Program-made: the position numbers and the translations under genes
Shown: positions 8,594-20,704 of the stretch, one piece after another
How positions within the stretch are numbered: the first letter of the stretch is position 1
Layout of the letters: every line of letters starts with the position of its first letter
The notes under the pieces: model-generated
Database searches by the model: none
The model's input: only the letters and a program-made list of their open reading frames with translations
What the model was told of the DNA's origin: nothing
DNA from: Perkinsus olseni
Taxonomy: Eukaryota
NCBI GenBank assembly: GCA_013115125.1
Contig: JABANN010000349.1
Span: 1-36,474, forward strand
Reading direction: 5' to 3'
Length of the DNA stretch: 36,474 bases

Positions 8594-10602
8594 ATGAGCA
8601 TCGCCATCAACTGGCCCATTGGGCCCTTCACCCTTCCACCGGAGCTACTGGCTCTTGAAGTCACGGATGCGTATCTTTTCTCTCGCTATGAAGATGGCTC
8701 TTCTGAGCGGCGCATCTTCTGCAACGTACGGCATCTTCGACTTAGGACGGGTGAGCATTGCCTCTAGGTCCCCCTGTTAGAAAAGGAGTTAGATCAGCTC
8801 GAAGAGCTCACCGAGTACCTCTGCTCCTTATGCGTAACGTTGAAGCGGCGGATGGAACCGAAGAGGCTGAGGTAGGCACGAACGTATCTTTGAAGTTGCT
8901 CATCGACGTTTGTCAGATACCTCCAGACGGCTGCTGGCAATGTGAAAAAAGCAGCGTCCATGATGATGGAGACCGAGCGATGGAGTGAGTGTGACGTTGT
9001 CAGGTTCTGATCCGTCTTGGTTCGTCACATCTTTAGGACGGTCTTTCTTTGACAAGCCTATTGACGATAGAGAGATTTATAAGCACCTCAACCTGGTGCG
9101 TCGTCGGCATGTTCTGGTTGCAGGGCCTTCTGCCATTCGAGGCCACCGATGCCACGCCTTTGCCAGGGCTTTGTCTACATATCGGGCCGAGATAAGCTAC
9201 TACGACCATGCCTGGTCGTACGGGTCACGCAGATGCTCCGGAATGGAGTCGACCAGAACACTTCCCTTCGGTGCGTGTGCTTCCTTATGGAGTTCATAAT
9301 ACGGTGAGGCTGTGCAGCGCAAAGGGAGCCCGACTCGTTCCTCGCCCATAGGTACATGCTTCTCCCTGGTAAGTGTGAGAGCACTGTCACCCTCCTCGAC
9401 TTGGAGAATATTGGCCTGATGCAATTCGTGCCGGCAGTGTCCCGTACGCGGGCCATATTCGGGGTGAGAGCTACATGCATCCTAAGAGCTGTGCTGACGC
9501 TCTCCGTCCCATGGCAAAGGCAACCCTGGTATCGGTTTCAGGTCCTGGCCGAGCACTACGTCGGACGATCTGCTCTCACGTTCGTGAAGAGCGCGCCTGC
9601 TGCCCTCGAGGGCTTGATCAGAGGCCTAGTGCCGGAAGAAAAGAGAAGGAAAATTGTCTATGTTCAAGCGACAGATGACATCGCCAAGTGAAGGTTCGAC
9701 ACCTCTCACCGTCGGCCAGCGAAGCTTGGCAGGCACTTCGAAGCCGAGCAATTGGAAGTCCAGTACGGAGGTCGGAAACCGACCATTACCAGCTTCTATC
9801 CCGTGAACCACCTGAGCTCAAGGTCGGGTAGAGCCCAGCGCGATCGTCTTCTGCACGCATGTGCACCGCCAGTACGCCACCTCTCATTCATGATCAGCTA
9901 TGCCCTGGCAGGAACGGAGAACTACAAGCTTCTCGCCAGCTGCCATAGGTGAGGGCGAGCTGTTCTGGGAAGGCGGGTTTGGACCCATTAGGTGTCTGGG
10001 CCTCCCCACTATCCGCGGAGAGCTATGGGAGCGAGGGGTCCCTCATGCACCACTGCGGTACGCTGCTGAGGCTGTACAGTATTTTAATGCCCTCGGTTTG
10101 CCGCCGCCTGAGAACGTAAGCACACACCACTGGTGTGACACCAGTGAGGTCGTCTGATTCACTAGCTGTTGTCGTAGACGATGTTCCCCCGCAAGGGTCA
10201 AGCGCTCGAGTCCAAGGCGCTCACCGGGGGGTCGGGAGGTGTTCACGAGATGCTCTTTGGAATCGCCGTGAGCTCCAGTGACCGTTGAGGATGCAGAAAT
10301 TGTCCCCTTCACAGAACTTGCCAAGCCCGGTGCCGGAGGGCACCATGCAGGATATGATGGCGGATGACTATGATCTGGTGGGCCCACGCTTCTCCCGTTC
10401 CCCAATGGAGAGAATCTCCGCGGCAACGTGTAGGTGATGACTCATGCTAACGAGGACTCAGAAGGAGCTGGAGAGTGAGTCCCATCTCGACAGCATTCTA
10501 GTCTGGCTTCCTCGCCTTGTGTACTCCAGGGCGCCCTTCACGAAGGAACGACGTCAACGGACCGGAAGCACAGGCTCTGAGGCGACCCCGATGACGGAGT
10601 AA
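8594..10602 (+). CDS. Multi-exon CRAL-TRIO (Sec14-like) lipid-binding domain protein
   Basis: Exon pieces MLLPGKCESTVTLLDLENIGL, VLAEHYVGRSALTFVKSAPAALEGLIRGLVPEEKRRKIVYV and LEVQYGG match the CRAL-TRIO pattern (hhhD..., HYP.R...hhhh.AP..., K.R.KI.h, L...YGG). Candidate ATG 8594 and TAA 10600-10602; the boundaries are approximate. Confidence 0.65.
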
Positions 10603-11532
10603 AAAATTTGCCTTCGCGCCACGTTCTTTACGCGTCCTCTCATCAGTTCGTCGTTGGTGGACTCGATCGAGCAGCAGAGGCCTGCGGAGAAGTCACGGAA
10701 AGGTGTCACGTCCCGGCATTCCAGCTCGCATTATGAAAGTGCTTCATTCAGGTGCGAGGCGGAGATCCAAGCTAGGCCCTCGCATGACTCCCGAGAGACC
10801 GGTCAGTGGGCCCGCGATAGTTTGTCGTTCTCTCGACTCCGGGGTACCCCGACGAGTAGAGCATCGTGACGATCTCTCATAGTGAACAGTTCGGACGGTT
10901 CCTCATGCTCCGTCCAAGAACCTCTCACCCGCTAACATTGCGCAACCTCTTCTTGTGCATGCGTGCAATTGCCCTTGCCCCAATGCGACGCCACTGTATC
11001 GGCCCCTCCAGCGGGCATGGCCAGGTCTGGTAATCAATCGGTTCCACCTTTCAGAGAGTTTTACTGAGTGGCCTGCCCGGGCTCGCTCCACTCTCTGACG
11101 CCGAAGGGGGCCGAGGCTCTCCAGTTGGGGACACTGGCGAGGAACCCATTGGGGAAATGCCCTTCTCGGCTCGGGCTGCCTCAATCCATCGTTCGACTGC
11201 AGCTTGGGCATCCTCGTGGCTCTGCCGTACTTGCATACCACGGGACGACCTTTAGTGAAAGTAGGCACATTCCTCATCGCTGGTGGATCTATTCTTTCTC
11301 CTTTTGTTGAGCAGTCTTAGTCTCTGGGCTACACGAAGAAGGTCAATGTAGCAGTACCAGTGTGATCCGCATGGAGCTGCCTGGCGAGTTGCCTGTGCCA
11401 TGTCCTGTTTTCTCCGCGTACTCTATGGCTACATTACCTGTTGGGTTGATCAGTGCAAGCTCGATCGGGCGAACGAAGGCCCGCTGAGCAGTTCGCGATG
11501 TGAGAATCTGTCTCGGCAGATTGTGTTCCTCC

Positions 11533-13149
11533 ATGAATCGTCGGTTGCTGTCTTTCTTGCCCCCAGTCACAGGCCTCGCTCATACTGGGTATCACCGCGG
11601 AATCTCCCATGCAGTTGAGCGACTAGCAGTGCTGGGGAAGGGTATATCGGAGGCTCGCGATGGCAGCACTTTGCTCAGCAACACACGGGATCTTATAAAA
11701 CTGCTGAAGCGAGACAGTGAACGGCTTCAGAAAGACGGTATTCTGTCGCCTCAGGGAGCCCTGTCTCTCGCTAACAAGGCGGCGTCTGAGAGGGTGGATC
11801 ACCTAGAGCCGGGGCAATGTTGCGAGCTTCTCTTTTACCTGGCAGAGGGTCGGCATTGGCTACCTTGTGATGAGGGAATCGTCGAGCGACTCATTAAGAA
11901 GGGTCTATCAGGGGAGCGCATACCCCCAAAGGACTTGGCGATCGCGCTGCACGTTACTACAGTGCTCGGGCTGGAGAACGACAAGCGGACGAAGAGGGTG
12001 ATCGCATCCGCCATCACTGCATTGGACTTGAATTCGTCTACATTCCACAACATCGCCCGACTGGCTGTGGTCCTGGGTGCCTGTTCAACGCGGAACTTCA
12101 TATCAGAGAGGCTGGTCCAGACCTTGTCCGAGGCTCTGTTGACATGCTACCCCAAGCAGGACCTCACCACGGATACACTCAACCTGGCTAGCAGTGCCTT
12201 GGTCAGCCTGTGTCGGGCTCTGCCCCGGGAGGCGTCAGTGCGCGGCAGAGGCGATCTCCTCGACAAACTACTCGGGCATAAGGGCGAGTGGAGCTCGATT
12301 GCAGTATGTGATGTTCTATACAGCGCGTACGTACTGGGTAGGCCTATGAAGGACATGGTTGTTGTGGAGGAGATGCTAGACAGCTTCGACCCGGCACAGG
12401 TGGGAATGGATTGGGGAGGACTCACCTGGCCCAGCCCTTCGGCCTCGGGAGTCAACACTCGTCTTAGAATATCCCCTCGGCTTTTGTCTTTGTCACCGGA
12501 TGCTTCACATCTGTTTCCAGACCGAACATTATCTCGTTGACGTAGGTACACTCTCCTGACCGCCTGTGCAGACTGCTAGCCTCTGTGCCCGCTACAGAGT
12601 TGCCTTTCGTCGCGCAGTGTTCCCTACCATATATAGAGGTTGGACAGCTCTCGAGGAGCAATGCACTGAAGGTCGCCCACGGTCTACTGGCGCATGCGAG
12701 CGCCTTCAGCGAGACTCTCAACGGGGTGTGTGACAGGCTTGTTAGCCTGGCTAACACCATGAATCATCGCCATGCCTGGGAGTGCATGGCCATATGCAGG
12801 GGAGTCCAACATGATGCCCTGTTGGAAGCCTCCTGTAGAGTATTGCTAGCTGGAAAGAAGGTATTCACGGCGGCCAACAAGGAGCTGTGTGATGAGGTGA
12901 AGCTTCGTCTCATCTCGAGGCGGACCAAGCAATATGTGTACGATGGGATGCCATAGGTTCGTAGTGAAGTCAGAAGGAGGCTCGGTAGAGTCCCTGCAGT
13001 TCTCCAACAACTCCACGAGAAAGTCCACGAAGAGGATAGAGCGGATACGGAAGATGACCCAAAACAGGCGCAGAGAGGTAGGCAATTGATGCAGGTCGAA
13101 TCTTGTTCGCCGCTTCTAAAACGACTGGAGGATTATAGGAGTAGCATGA
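11533..13149 (+). CDS. Hypothetical alpha-helical, Leu/Ala-rich protein, possibly organelle-targeted helical-repeat type; multi-exon
   Basis: Long first exon within ORF 11500-12540 (ATG 11533, MNRRLLSFL..., Arg-rich and acid-poor N-terminus), then downstream exon-like frames 12585-12956 and about 12957-13077. The end is approximate. Confidence 0.55.
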
Positions 13150-13250
13150 ACCTCTGTGAGGTTTCACTAGTGCGCTCGTTCTGGCGACATTGCGGTGAGA
13201 CTTACGTTTCGCTTGTCCTTCTGACAGTTTGATATGGCCTGCCAGAAAGA

Positions 13251-13323
13251 TTCCGATGCGGGGACTCGAACCCCGGTCGCATGGGTGAGAGCCATGAATC
13301 CTAACCAGCTAGACTACATCGGA
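13251..13323 (-). tRNA. tRNA-Glu(CTC): tRNA-Glu (anticodon CTC)
   Basis: Minus strand TCCGATGTAGTCTAGCTGGTTAGGATTCATGGCTCTCACCCATGCGACCGGGGTTCGAGTCCCCGCATCGGAA. Acceptor stem TCCGATG/CATCGGA, anticodon stem CATGG/CCATG with loop CT-CTC-AC, T-loop GTTCGAG; no intron and no encoded CCA. Confidence 0.97.
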
Positions 13324-13423
13324 GCTGTTAAGTTATGCTTTTGGCATTTTCGATCAGCCTTCTGCCTGAAAGGCTTTCTACGAGGAAAGAATCTAACGAC
13401 GCTGGCGTACTTGGGACTCTCAG

Positions 13424-14205
13424 GCCGTCAGCGGAGCAGCCTCGGCGTTGATGACGATGTGAAGGAGGACGATTCTCTATTTCTCGATCGCGAGCTGCAG
13501 TGCCTGCGTGCATCGGCGAGGAAGAGCGGAGTTCTCGGAGGAGACGCCGCATCGGAGGGGATTGGCAGCATCTACGAAAGGTACGTGCGAGGACCAGTTT
13601 GTTGTCTCTTCGAGGCTTGATCTTGAGTCCTGAGAACCACACCAAACGACATTGAAGTTCCGCATTTCTGCATGTTGTTAAGGGACTGCTTCAGTGCATC
13701 AGTGTTTCAGTTTTTGTCGATCGGAGCTCGTAACGATGCTCGAAAAAATGGAAGCTGGTCACGACCCTGTGGAGGAAGCAAATGCGATTCTGAAGCAGCA
13801 GCGGGATAATAGGAGAGAAAAGCAGAGGAACGCCGGTGGGCCGCCTCCGGTTGAAGTAGCTCGTGATGGTAGCTGGGACTTAGATGACGGACCACAAGTA
13901 ACGGGAAGATCTAGGAAGAAACGGAAGCCGCGGAATGAACGAGAGAAACGGAGGCTCGCGCTGTTCAAGATGGGGAGCTATCAGCCTTTCATCTTCGCGA
14001 AACAACAGGTATCAACATTTGCGCAATTCTCACGAGGCCCGCGCGCTAGCCCAAGTGTCTGACTTAGCTTCTTAGAGGCCAATACTGTGTGGGTTCGTTG
14101 GTTCGTAAATTTTGAGACGGTGAGAGTCCGCGAAACATTTGACTCCTGCAGCTGGAAGTCCTCCGAGCCCGGGAGGTTAGCATTGCCAAGGAGTGCTGGG
14201 CGCTG
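13424..14205 (+). CDS. Hypothetical multi-exon protein with acidic and basic (RSRKKRKPR) segments
   Basis: Exon-like charged frames within ORFs 13234-13620 and 13694-14062, bounded by AG/GT sites; the ends are uncertain. Confidence 0.4.
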
Positions 14206-14627
14206 AGGAACCCTCACGTGCGGAGGAAGCGGAGAGCTGCGGAGGTGCGAAAAAATGAAGAAGACCATCTGCGTAGGATGTTCACTGTTTCATGAGTATG
14301 TTTCTGCGTCCTGAAAGACGCTTTGAGTTTATACTGAACTAGTTTGCCATACAAACACAAGATTCGCTCTGCTCCTTCCCCGCACCTTAGCGACTTTACA
14401 GTCGTTGAGAGAGAGCATTATTGAAGCAAAGACTGGAACGCAATGAGCATCCATTCTGTCTAACCAAGTCAACCGCCGTCCGCCGCACGTTCATGCCAAT
14501 CTGTCAAGATGCTCCGAGCTCGTACTGCGCTCGGATTAGCCACGGCTGAGACGTATCTTTCAAGCTTGCCTGAGAAGGAAGCCTAGTCGAGCTCCGCTAG
14601 TAGGGGAAGCAGAGAACAACAATTTGC

Positions 14628-15530
14628 TTACCAAGACACTCTCGCTCGGACTGATCGAGCATCATCATGACCATGGAATTGACCTTGAGCAGAGTGACGT
14701 CGGAAAGAACGATGCGGTAAGTGCATCGCTACCATTCGAGTGTTGCTCATAGCCACGATATAGTCACACAGAAGAGTCCCGTCTATCGCTCCCCTCTCAG
14801 CAGCCCTGCAGAGGCCGTGCAGCATTGCTCCTGTACAGTCTGGGTCTGAGGTGTAAATGTAGAGTTGGGTGATCGTAGGAGCGGTGCGCAGCTCGTCACT
14901 TTTTGAGCTCACCAAGGGCGGAAAGGCCGGCAGGGCCCGATCCAGCAGCAGCCTCCAATCTCGAGGGTGTCAGCTTGTCGGAGACGAAGTCGACAAGACT
15001 GTCCACCTGGGTGACGTATATCCCTCTCCTCTACGCCGCTCAATCCCACTCTGGTCTTGAGCCTTCGCAGTTCGTTCTCCAGAGTGGATGCGCTCAAGAC
15101 GCCCTTGCTGGGTTTGCCGGCCGGCCGTGCCTTCCTCTCCTTCACGCCAGCCTGAACATCAGTACAGTGATGTTGGTCAGACGAACTCCCAGGAAGCACT
15201 GCCTTCTCCGCGAGCTCATCGAGGATCACACTCGGCGTGGTGACAGGCATCGTCACAAGCTTGCTAGTCTGTATGGACGATGGCCGAGTGATGCTCTCAT
15301 CCGCGGGTGGGCGGCCCGTCGGTTTATTCCATAACCGCGAGACGCTGATCGGCCCAGTCATGCCCCACTTTCTGAGACGCGAGTCACTCATGAGCGAACA
15401 GGCGGCTCACTTCTCGAGAGCTCTCCGCTTCGCCATGACTGCCTCTCTGAGCGCAACGGCCTCTGCATGAGATTCATTGCGTGATGAGAATATGGCGAGG
15501 ACACGGCTGATATCTTCCAAGCTTCGCTCG
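14628..15530 (-). CDS. Hypothetical multi-exon protein
   Basis: Consecutive minus-strand ORFs 14909-15391 and 14628-14915 with protein-like composition; structure unresolved. Confidence 0.35.
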
Positions 15531-15886
15531 AGGCTGATCGTGACCAGTGCAATGGTGAACTAACTGTTCCACTATCGTTGGCTTACTCATCCAGCTCGTT
15601 AAGAGCCAGGGCCCTCCGATACAGCGCCTTCGTGTTGTCGCCTATGCAAAAAAGACGTCGGAATCCTCGATAAAAATTCCACGATGGAGATTGAGAAGAT
15701 TCTAGCAGTAACAGTCTTCTACGGCAGCGCGCTTTCAACTATTGAACGATTGAAGCCTGGCTAGACTCACGATCGTAATGGAGGGCTGAATCGCAGTCCT
15801 TCACGACCGTCCTGTACAGGGACTCCGCACCACTGTTCTCTGCACCCATGAGTTTGATGTAACTCAGGACGGCGAGGGCTCTATTG

Positions 15887-16643
15887 CTATGCAGGACCTG
15901 GGGCCGAGACGGGGCAGTCGGAAGGGAGAGGGATGGGTGCTTCCTCTAGTATCACCGAGCGCAGTGCAACATTAGCCGACTCGGCTTGGATGTAGCTGTT
16001 GATACAGCGGGTTAGCATCTCTGCTGACTCCAGCAGCTTGCCTTCCTTGAACCTATTCCTCGAGTGAGCGATACCAAACTGAATATCAGCCTGGGTCCCG
16101 TCAGATTTCTCCGAACACGTGGTCAAGGTGTGTCGAGCGAGGCGCGAGGGCAGGTGACCATCTCAGCATTTGCAAAGTGAGTGCAGGGATGCGGTGCAGT
16201 GATTGATGTCATACAGTATTATCGCCTTGGTTTTCCCAAGCTCGATAGAGAGGCCAATCTCCAGCAGGATAGTCGCGTCTCTGAGGATTGATAGCAAAGG
16301 GTCCTGCTCAGCACGCACTGCATCCTCTGCTTTGGTCGGGTCCCCGAGCTCCTGAGATGAGGAATGTCGCATACAGCCGCTGGGGCTTCTGTACCTCATC
16401 CTGACTCGGGTCGTTGTTCAACTCTTCGGCAGCGAAGAGACCCTCGGCAGTCTCTACCAACGCTGACCCTCCGCTCACTTTGACTTCTCGGACCTCACAT
16501 TCAGGATTCGTATCTGAGAAATGCCTCATGGCAGGACTCGGGCATAGGCCTTCCCGGAGCGCAGCCGGGCCACCTGTTGTTGACCGCAGGCGACTCTCCT
16601 GCTCCTCGTCAGCCCCTCGTCCAGGTGGTATGGGAACCGCCAT
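15887..16643 (-). CDS. Hypothetical multi-exon helical protein (may be one gene with 14628-15530)
   Basis: Three successive minus-strand frames (16308-16643, 16163-16399, 15887-16126) with acidic/helical composition, separated by intron-sized gaps. Confidence 0.4.
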
Positions 16644-17498
16644 GCTGTGGACATCACCGCTCCCTTGCCCACTGAGGTACTCGTGATGCTTGCCTGCAAT
16701 CCTACATTCACGCTGCTCGCAGTGTCGAGGAGCTTATTACTCTTCTGAGGTGAATCAATTTTGTCATTCGAGAATGGCAATAGGGTTGGTATCTCTGGGC
16801 TCTTTAAGAGAGTCTAAACACCACAACGCACTCATTATAGACAGAGCGCACATGGGACTTCTGCCTCCTGTTCTTCGTGGTACTCCTCAAAATCCTTTAT
16901 AAACCTCTGTTGGCCTCCTCCGCATCGCTTACAGCCAGGCTTCGAAGGTCTCATCTTGAGCTTTTGTGTGCAACCATAGCAGAACGTCCCATGACCACAG
17001 GGTTGGGCGATATACCTGTACCAGTCACGCTGACCAAATGGGAAGGTGGCGGTATTCCTAGCGGTTCACCCCGGGGGAACTTTCTCTCGGTTACAATTGA
17101 TTTCACTTAATCAGTCTTGCTCGACTATTGAGCTTATTCATGAGGGAACGGGCAGCGGTCCTGGCCTCACCTAACATCACTGTCCAATGCCGTCTCGCAA
17201 ACCTGACAATTGGTTGACTTGGTGTCGTCCAGCCGAGCTGGGGGTCGAAACTTCGTCATAGTTCGCGGTGAAAGGGAGATTGCCGTTGACGATGATCTGT
17301 TCGTCTCGACTCAACGCAAGATCGATCACGCTGAGCACGACCAAATCTAGCAGAGCAGCCAAAGCATGTTGAAATTCATGATGCTGATGTGGGCGAAAGC
17401 GGACAGCTGAGTAAAGGATGCACTTCAATGGTAACAGGGCAGATAAGATGTAGAATACAACTTGTGAACAATATGCGGCCAATAAGACAGAAGATGAG

Positions 17499-18896
17499 CT
17501 AGAGGTCGCAGGCTGTAGGGTCCTCCGGCGTCGTCCAGCAGAGACCTCCAACCCACTGTGCGCCGTCCTTCAACCAGTTGAACCGGAAAGTAAGGTCGTT
17601 ACCACCAGGCGCATACTGTATTTGGAGGAAGAACCCTAGAATGGTGATTTGGAAGGCCAAGAAGGCTACACCGTAGATGACGCACAAGCGCCCGAGCGCT
17701 TTCACCGACCGCAGCCCCGTGACTTTCTTGATAACCCTCGTCAAGAACATGAAAACGCACACTTCGCCGACGACATCCAAGCAGTTGAAGAAGATACCCT
17801 GCCAAAAGGCCTTGTCTTCGACCAAAGCAAAGTTGTCATTGGGCCTCTTATTGAAGTAATAGATAGCGAACGAGCAAATGGTGTACTGCAAGGGAGCGAT
17901 CATCTCAGCGAACTCCATGAGCAAGGATACTGTGACCAGTTGCCGGGCCGTCTCAGAGCACTCAGTCTTGTACTGTAGACGACGCAGCTCGAGCACATGG
18001 TAGAGGTTCTCAGAGAGGTCATAGACGATGAAGACTGCAAAGACGTACCACGCCGACACTCTGTTCATGAGGATGGCTATGAAGGTCTCGTGGCAGAAGC
18101 AAGAGGAGAAGATGAAGAGAGGATAGCCGTCTTGAGCCCGCTTTGAGAGGAGACGAGTTCCAACCTTCTCGTAAATGCCGCGGACCACACAGAAGGCGAG
18201 GGCCATGAACGCTTGAGGGATGCCTTCAAGCTGGTTAAAGAGAGCACCGCCGAGCGGGTAGATGACGCCATAGACAACCGTGACGCCTACGAGTATCCCA
18301 ACCGATACGAAGAAGTCCGCACGGTGAGACCTTTCTTGCAGGACGGCAGGGTTCATGAAGAAGTACAAGTATACGAAGACGAGGGGGATTATGGCCGCGG
18401 CCTGGATGACAGCCAGCATGGGCACTGGGAAGACGTCGAAGATGAGGTAGGGGATAATGCCGCCGAGAGTGACAATGCCGGCGCTCAAGTAGGGCACCAT
18501 TAGGAACTGCCCCCATGGCGTTCGGAACAACGGTACGGTGAGAAGAGCTCCGGGGACGAAGGGGTACATGGTACTGCCGGCGAAGTCCATGACGAAGAGC
18601 GTGACGAAATGCCACACCATTGCAGTGGTAGAGGTCTCGTCAGCGTCGGGTAACCCAGGGATCCAGAAGGGTATGACGGCGAAGAGGGGAGCAAGGAGGA
18701 CGGCCAAGAGCCACTTCTCGGGGGACTTGGTACCGTCGTAAAAGCGAGAGTGGCTCTCGCGCATGACTGCTTCGATACGGTCAGCAATGGACGAAGAGCG
18801 CGGGCGCTGAATAGACCTGGCGTCATCGGCGAAGGTCGGGTTGGGGATCGGTTGGGACTCCTGCAAGGAGTAACGGGTGACTGAAGATGATGCCAT
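17499..18896 (-). CDS. Intronless multi-pass membrane protein (about 10-11 hydrophobic segments), unknown function
   Basis: 465-aa ATG-to-stop ORF with repeated hydrophobic stretches of about 20 aa (e.g. WLLAVLLAPLFAVIPFWIP, FFVSVGILVGVTVVYGVIYPLGGALF) and visibly G/C-rich third codon positions. Confidence 0.88.
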   Translation of the reverse strand: MASSSVTRYSLQESQPIPNPTFADDARSIQRPRSSSIADRIEAVMRESHSRFYDGTKSPEKWLLAVLLAPLFAVIPFWIPGLPDADETSTTAMVWHFVTLFVMDFAGSTMYPFVPGALLTVPLFRTPWGQFLMVPYLSAGIVTLGGIIPYLIFDVFPVPMLAVIQAAAIIPLVFVYLYFFMNPAVLQERSHRADFFVSVGILVGVTVVYGVIYPLGGALFNQLEGIPQAFMALAFCVVRGIYEKVGTRLLSKRAQDGYPLFIFSSCFCHETFIAILMNRVSAWYVFAVFIVYDLSENLYHVLELRRLQYKTECSETARQLVTVSLLMEFAEMIAPLQYTICSFAIYYFNKRPNDNFALVEDKAFWQGIFFNCLDVVGEVCVFMFLTRVIKKVTGLRSVKALGRLCVIYGVAFLAFQITILGFFLQIQYAPGGNDLTFRFNWLKDGAQWVGGLCWTTPEDPTACDL

Positions 18897-19066
18897 TGCG
18901 GTCGCTCACTTGGTCGGGCGTTGCAAGCGTTGATGCGGCTGAAGAACGGCTAGGATCGGAGGCCTTCCGGGGCACGGCCAATAAGCCTGATCGGATAAGT
19001 CAAAGTGTTCTGCTGCTGGTCATCACAGTGATGAGAAGATACTGACTTCCGGATCCACCCGAAAGT

Positions 19067-20085
19067 TTGCTCGACGAGCGTTGTATACAGATCTCGATGG
19101 GCTCGGGTACACCTGAGAAGCCAGGACCCTACCTGAGAGCGAAGGCGCCGTGTTGGTCACCTGACGGAAGAGGCACCAAATCTAGCGACTCAGCGGAGGA
19201 GAGAGACCCAGTGATCTCCGATAAGCGTCGGGAGGTGATAGGGGGGCCTGGCATGGCGATAGTGCTAGAAAGAGCGGCTCGTCTTCACTCACCCGAGGGG
19301 CTGGCTACGGGGCTGAAGGATGCAGGGGTGGCGATGTCGCCTTCATCTGAGGTAGGAATTGCCGCGAGGGGAAGAGCCGTGACCCCCTACTTATGCTATG
19401 GTGCACTGCTTGGTCCTCGGGCCCGTCGTCGGGCGCGGTGAAGGGTTGGATTTCGGACGCCATGCAAGGCTGGCAAGAATGAAGCCTTGACGGATTGACA
19501 GTGGGGGGGCGAGCTAGAGAGTACCCCAACATGAGGTGCTCCGAAGAATCCGAGCGCAGCGTGGGGACCGTGCCCGAGTATCTTGCGCTCTTGACTAATC
19601 TTGTATTTCCTCAGCGCTCTCCTGCGCAACTTCGGCAGCGACCGCACCAAAATGGTCACTCCCCAGTACTGCCCCATCAGCACTTTGAAGCCAATTATTC
19701 ACGGGGTTTTACCGCTCGTTGGGCCATCGGACTTCCGATGGCCAAGTGTATGTCAGGCACCATTTTTGCTGTCATTTTTGCGTATTTTACCTCGGCGGTT
19801 TTGACTCGAGCTCCCTTATGAGCTCCCATCTCTGTCGGCGGGACGCGGCCGGTCGTGATGAGAACTGTCAGAAGCAGTTTAGCGGTGTGGAACGAGTTTG
19901 GCTTAGAAAAACTGAGAAGCTTTGACGATCTCTGCCTTTGCAGTGCCCTCATCTTCCAGCTGCTCGACAGGGGCTGGGCCCTCAACCTCTATCTCGCGGT
20001 TCTGGCTGGAGAAGTACTGCTACTGAGAATTGACGGTCTGTCTGCGACCGTGAGGGAATCGCCAGGTGTAGTTGTGCTCAAATGA
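19067..20085 (+). CDS. Possible hypothetical multi-exon protein
   Basis: Chain of + strand frames (19067-19441, 19601-19804, 19855-20085) with plausible composition; no motif recognised. Confidence 0.25.
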
Positions 20086-20704
20086 AACTGGGTTGGATGT
20101 GGGCCTGTTGTGGGTTGGGAGATTGCCAAGAGTGATTGAGACCAGGCGCAAGGGAGGCAGTTTCCTTCTCGGGAGGCTGGCTGACGCGGCTGGTCTATCG
20201 AGGGCAACGATCGCTGGGGCGTGAGAAGTACTGCGTCACGGGAGTTTAATAACGGCGTGCTAAACAACTTGCTGGCTGGGCGGCGATCGCTCGGCACGTC
20301 CCGGTGACGAATCTTTGCTCCAAGCAAGACTTCGGAGTTGATGAACGACCGATGGAAGACCATCAACGTTGGGGAGACCCGCGGACAGTTGAAGGACGTG
20401 AAGTATTGAAGGGGGCCCTTCGACGACACTACGAGAATGTCATGGAGGCGCCCGAGGCAGAAATCTCTGGCCGTCGTGTGATAATCAGTGAGCGGAATGC
20501 CGGCCCACATTACCCTGCCGGTTCACTGGTCTCGGCTGAGCTGCTTGAACCACTTGGTCCCTCGAAGAGGGTTTTCTCCTCTTTCTTGTTGCCCCGCTCA
20601 CTGACTTTTTGTTTGGGTTTCTGTCGGCACTCAGTTGTATTGGGTCACGGATATCCGGCTGAGCTGTGTCATTGTTACGTCCTCCTCAGCCAATACTTGT
20701 CTAT

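Noticed and set aside
13234-13340. N-terminal part of ORF 13234-13620 as protein coding
   Set aside because: It overlaps the tRNA-Glu gene on the opposite strand, so the translation is an artefact.
17177-17551. 124-aa hydrophobic minus-strand ORF after the membrane-protein gene
   Set aside because: Non-ATG start, overlap with the upstream CDS end and no motif; insufficient support.
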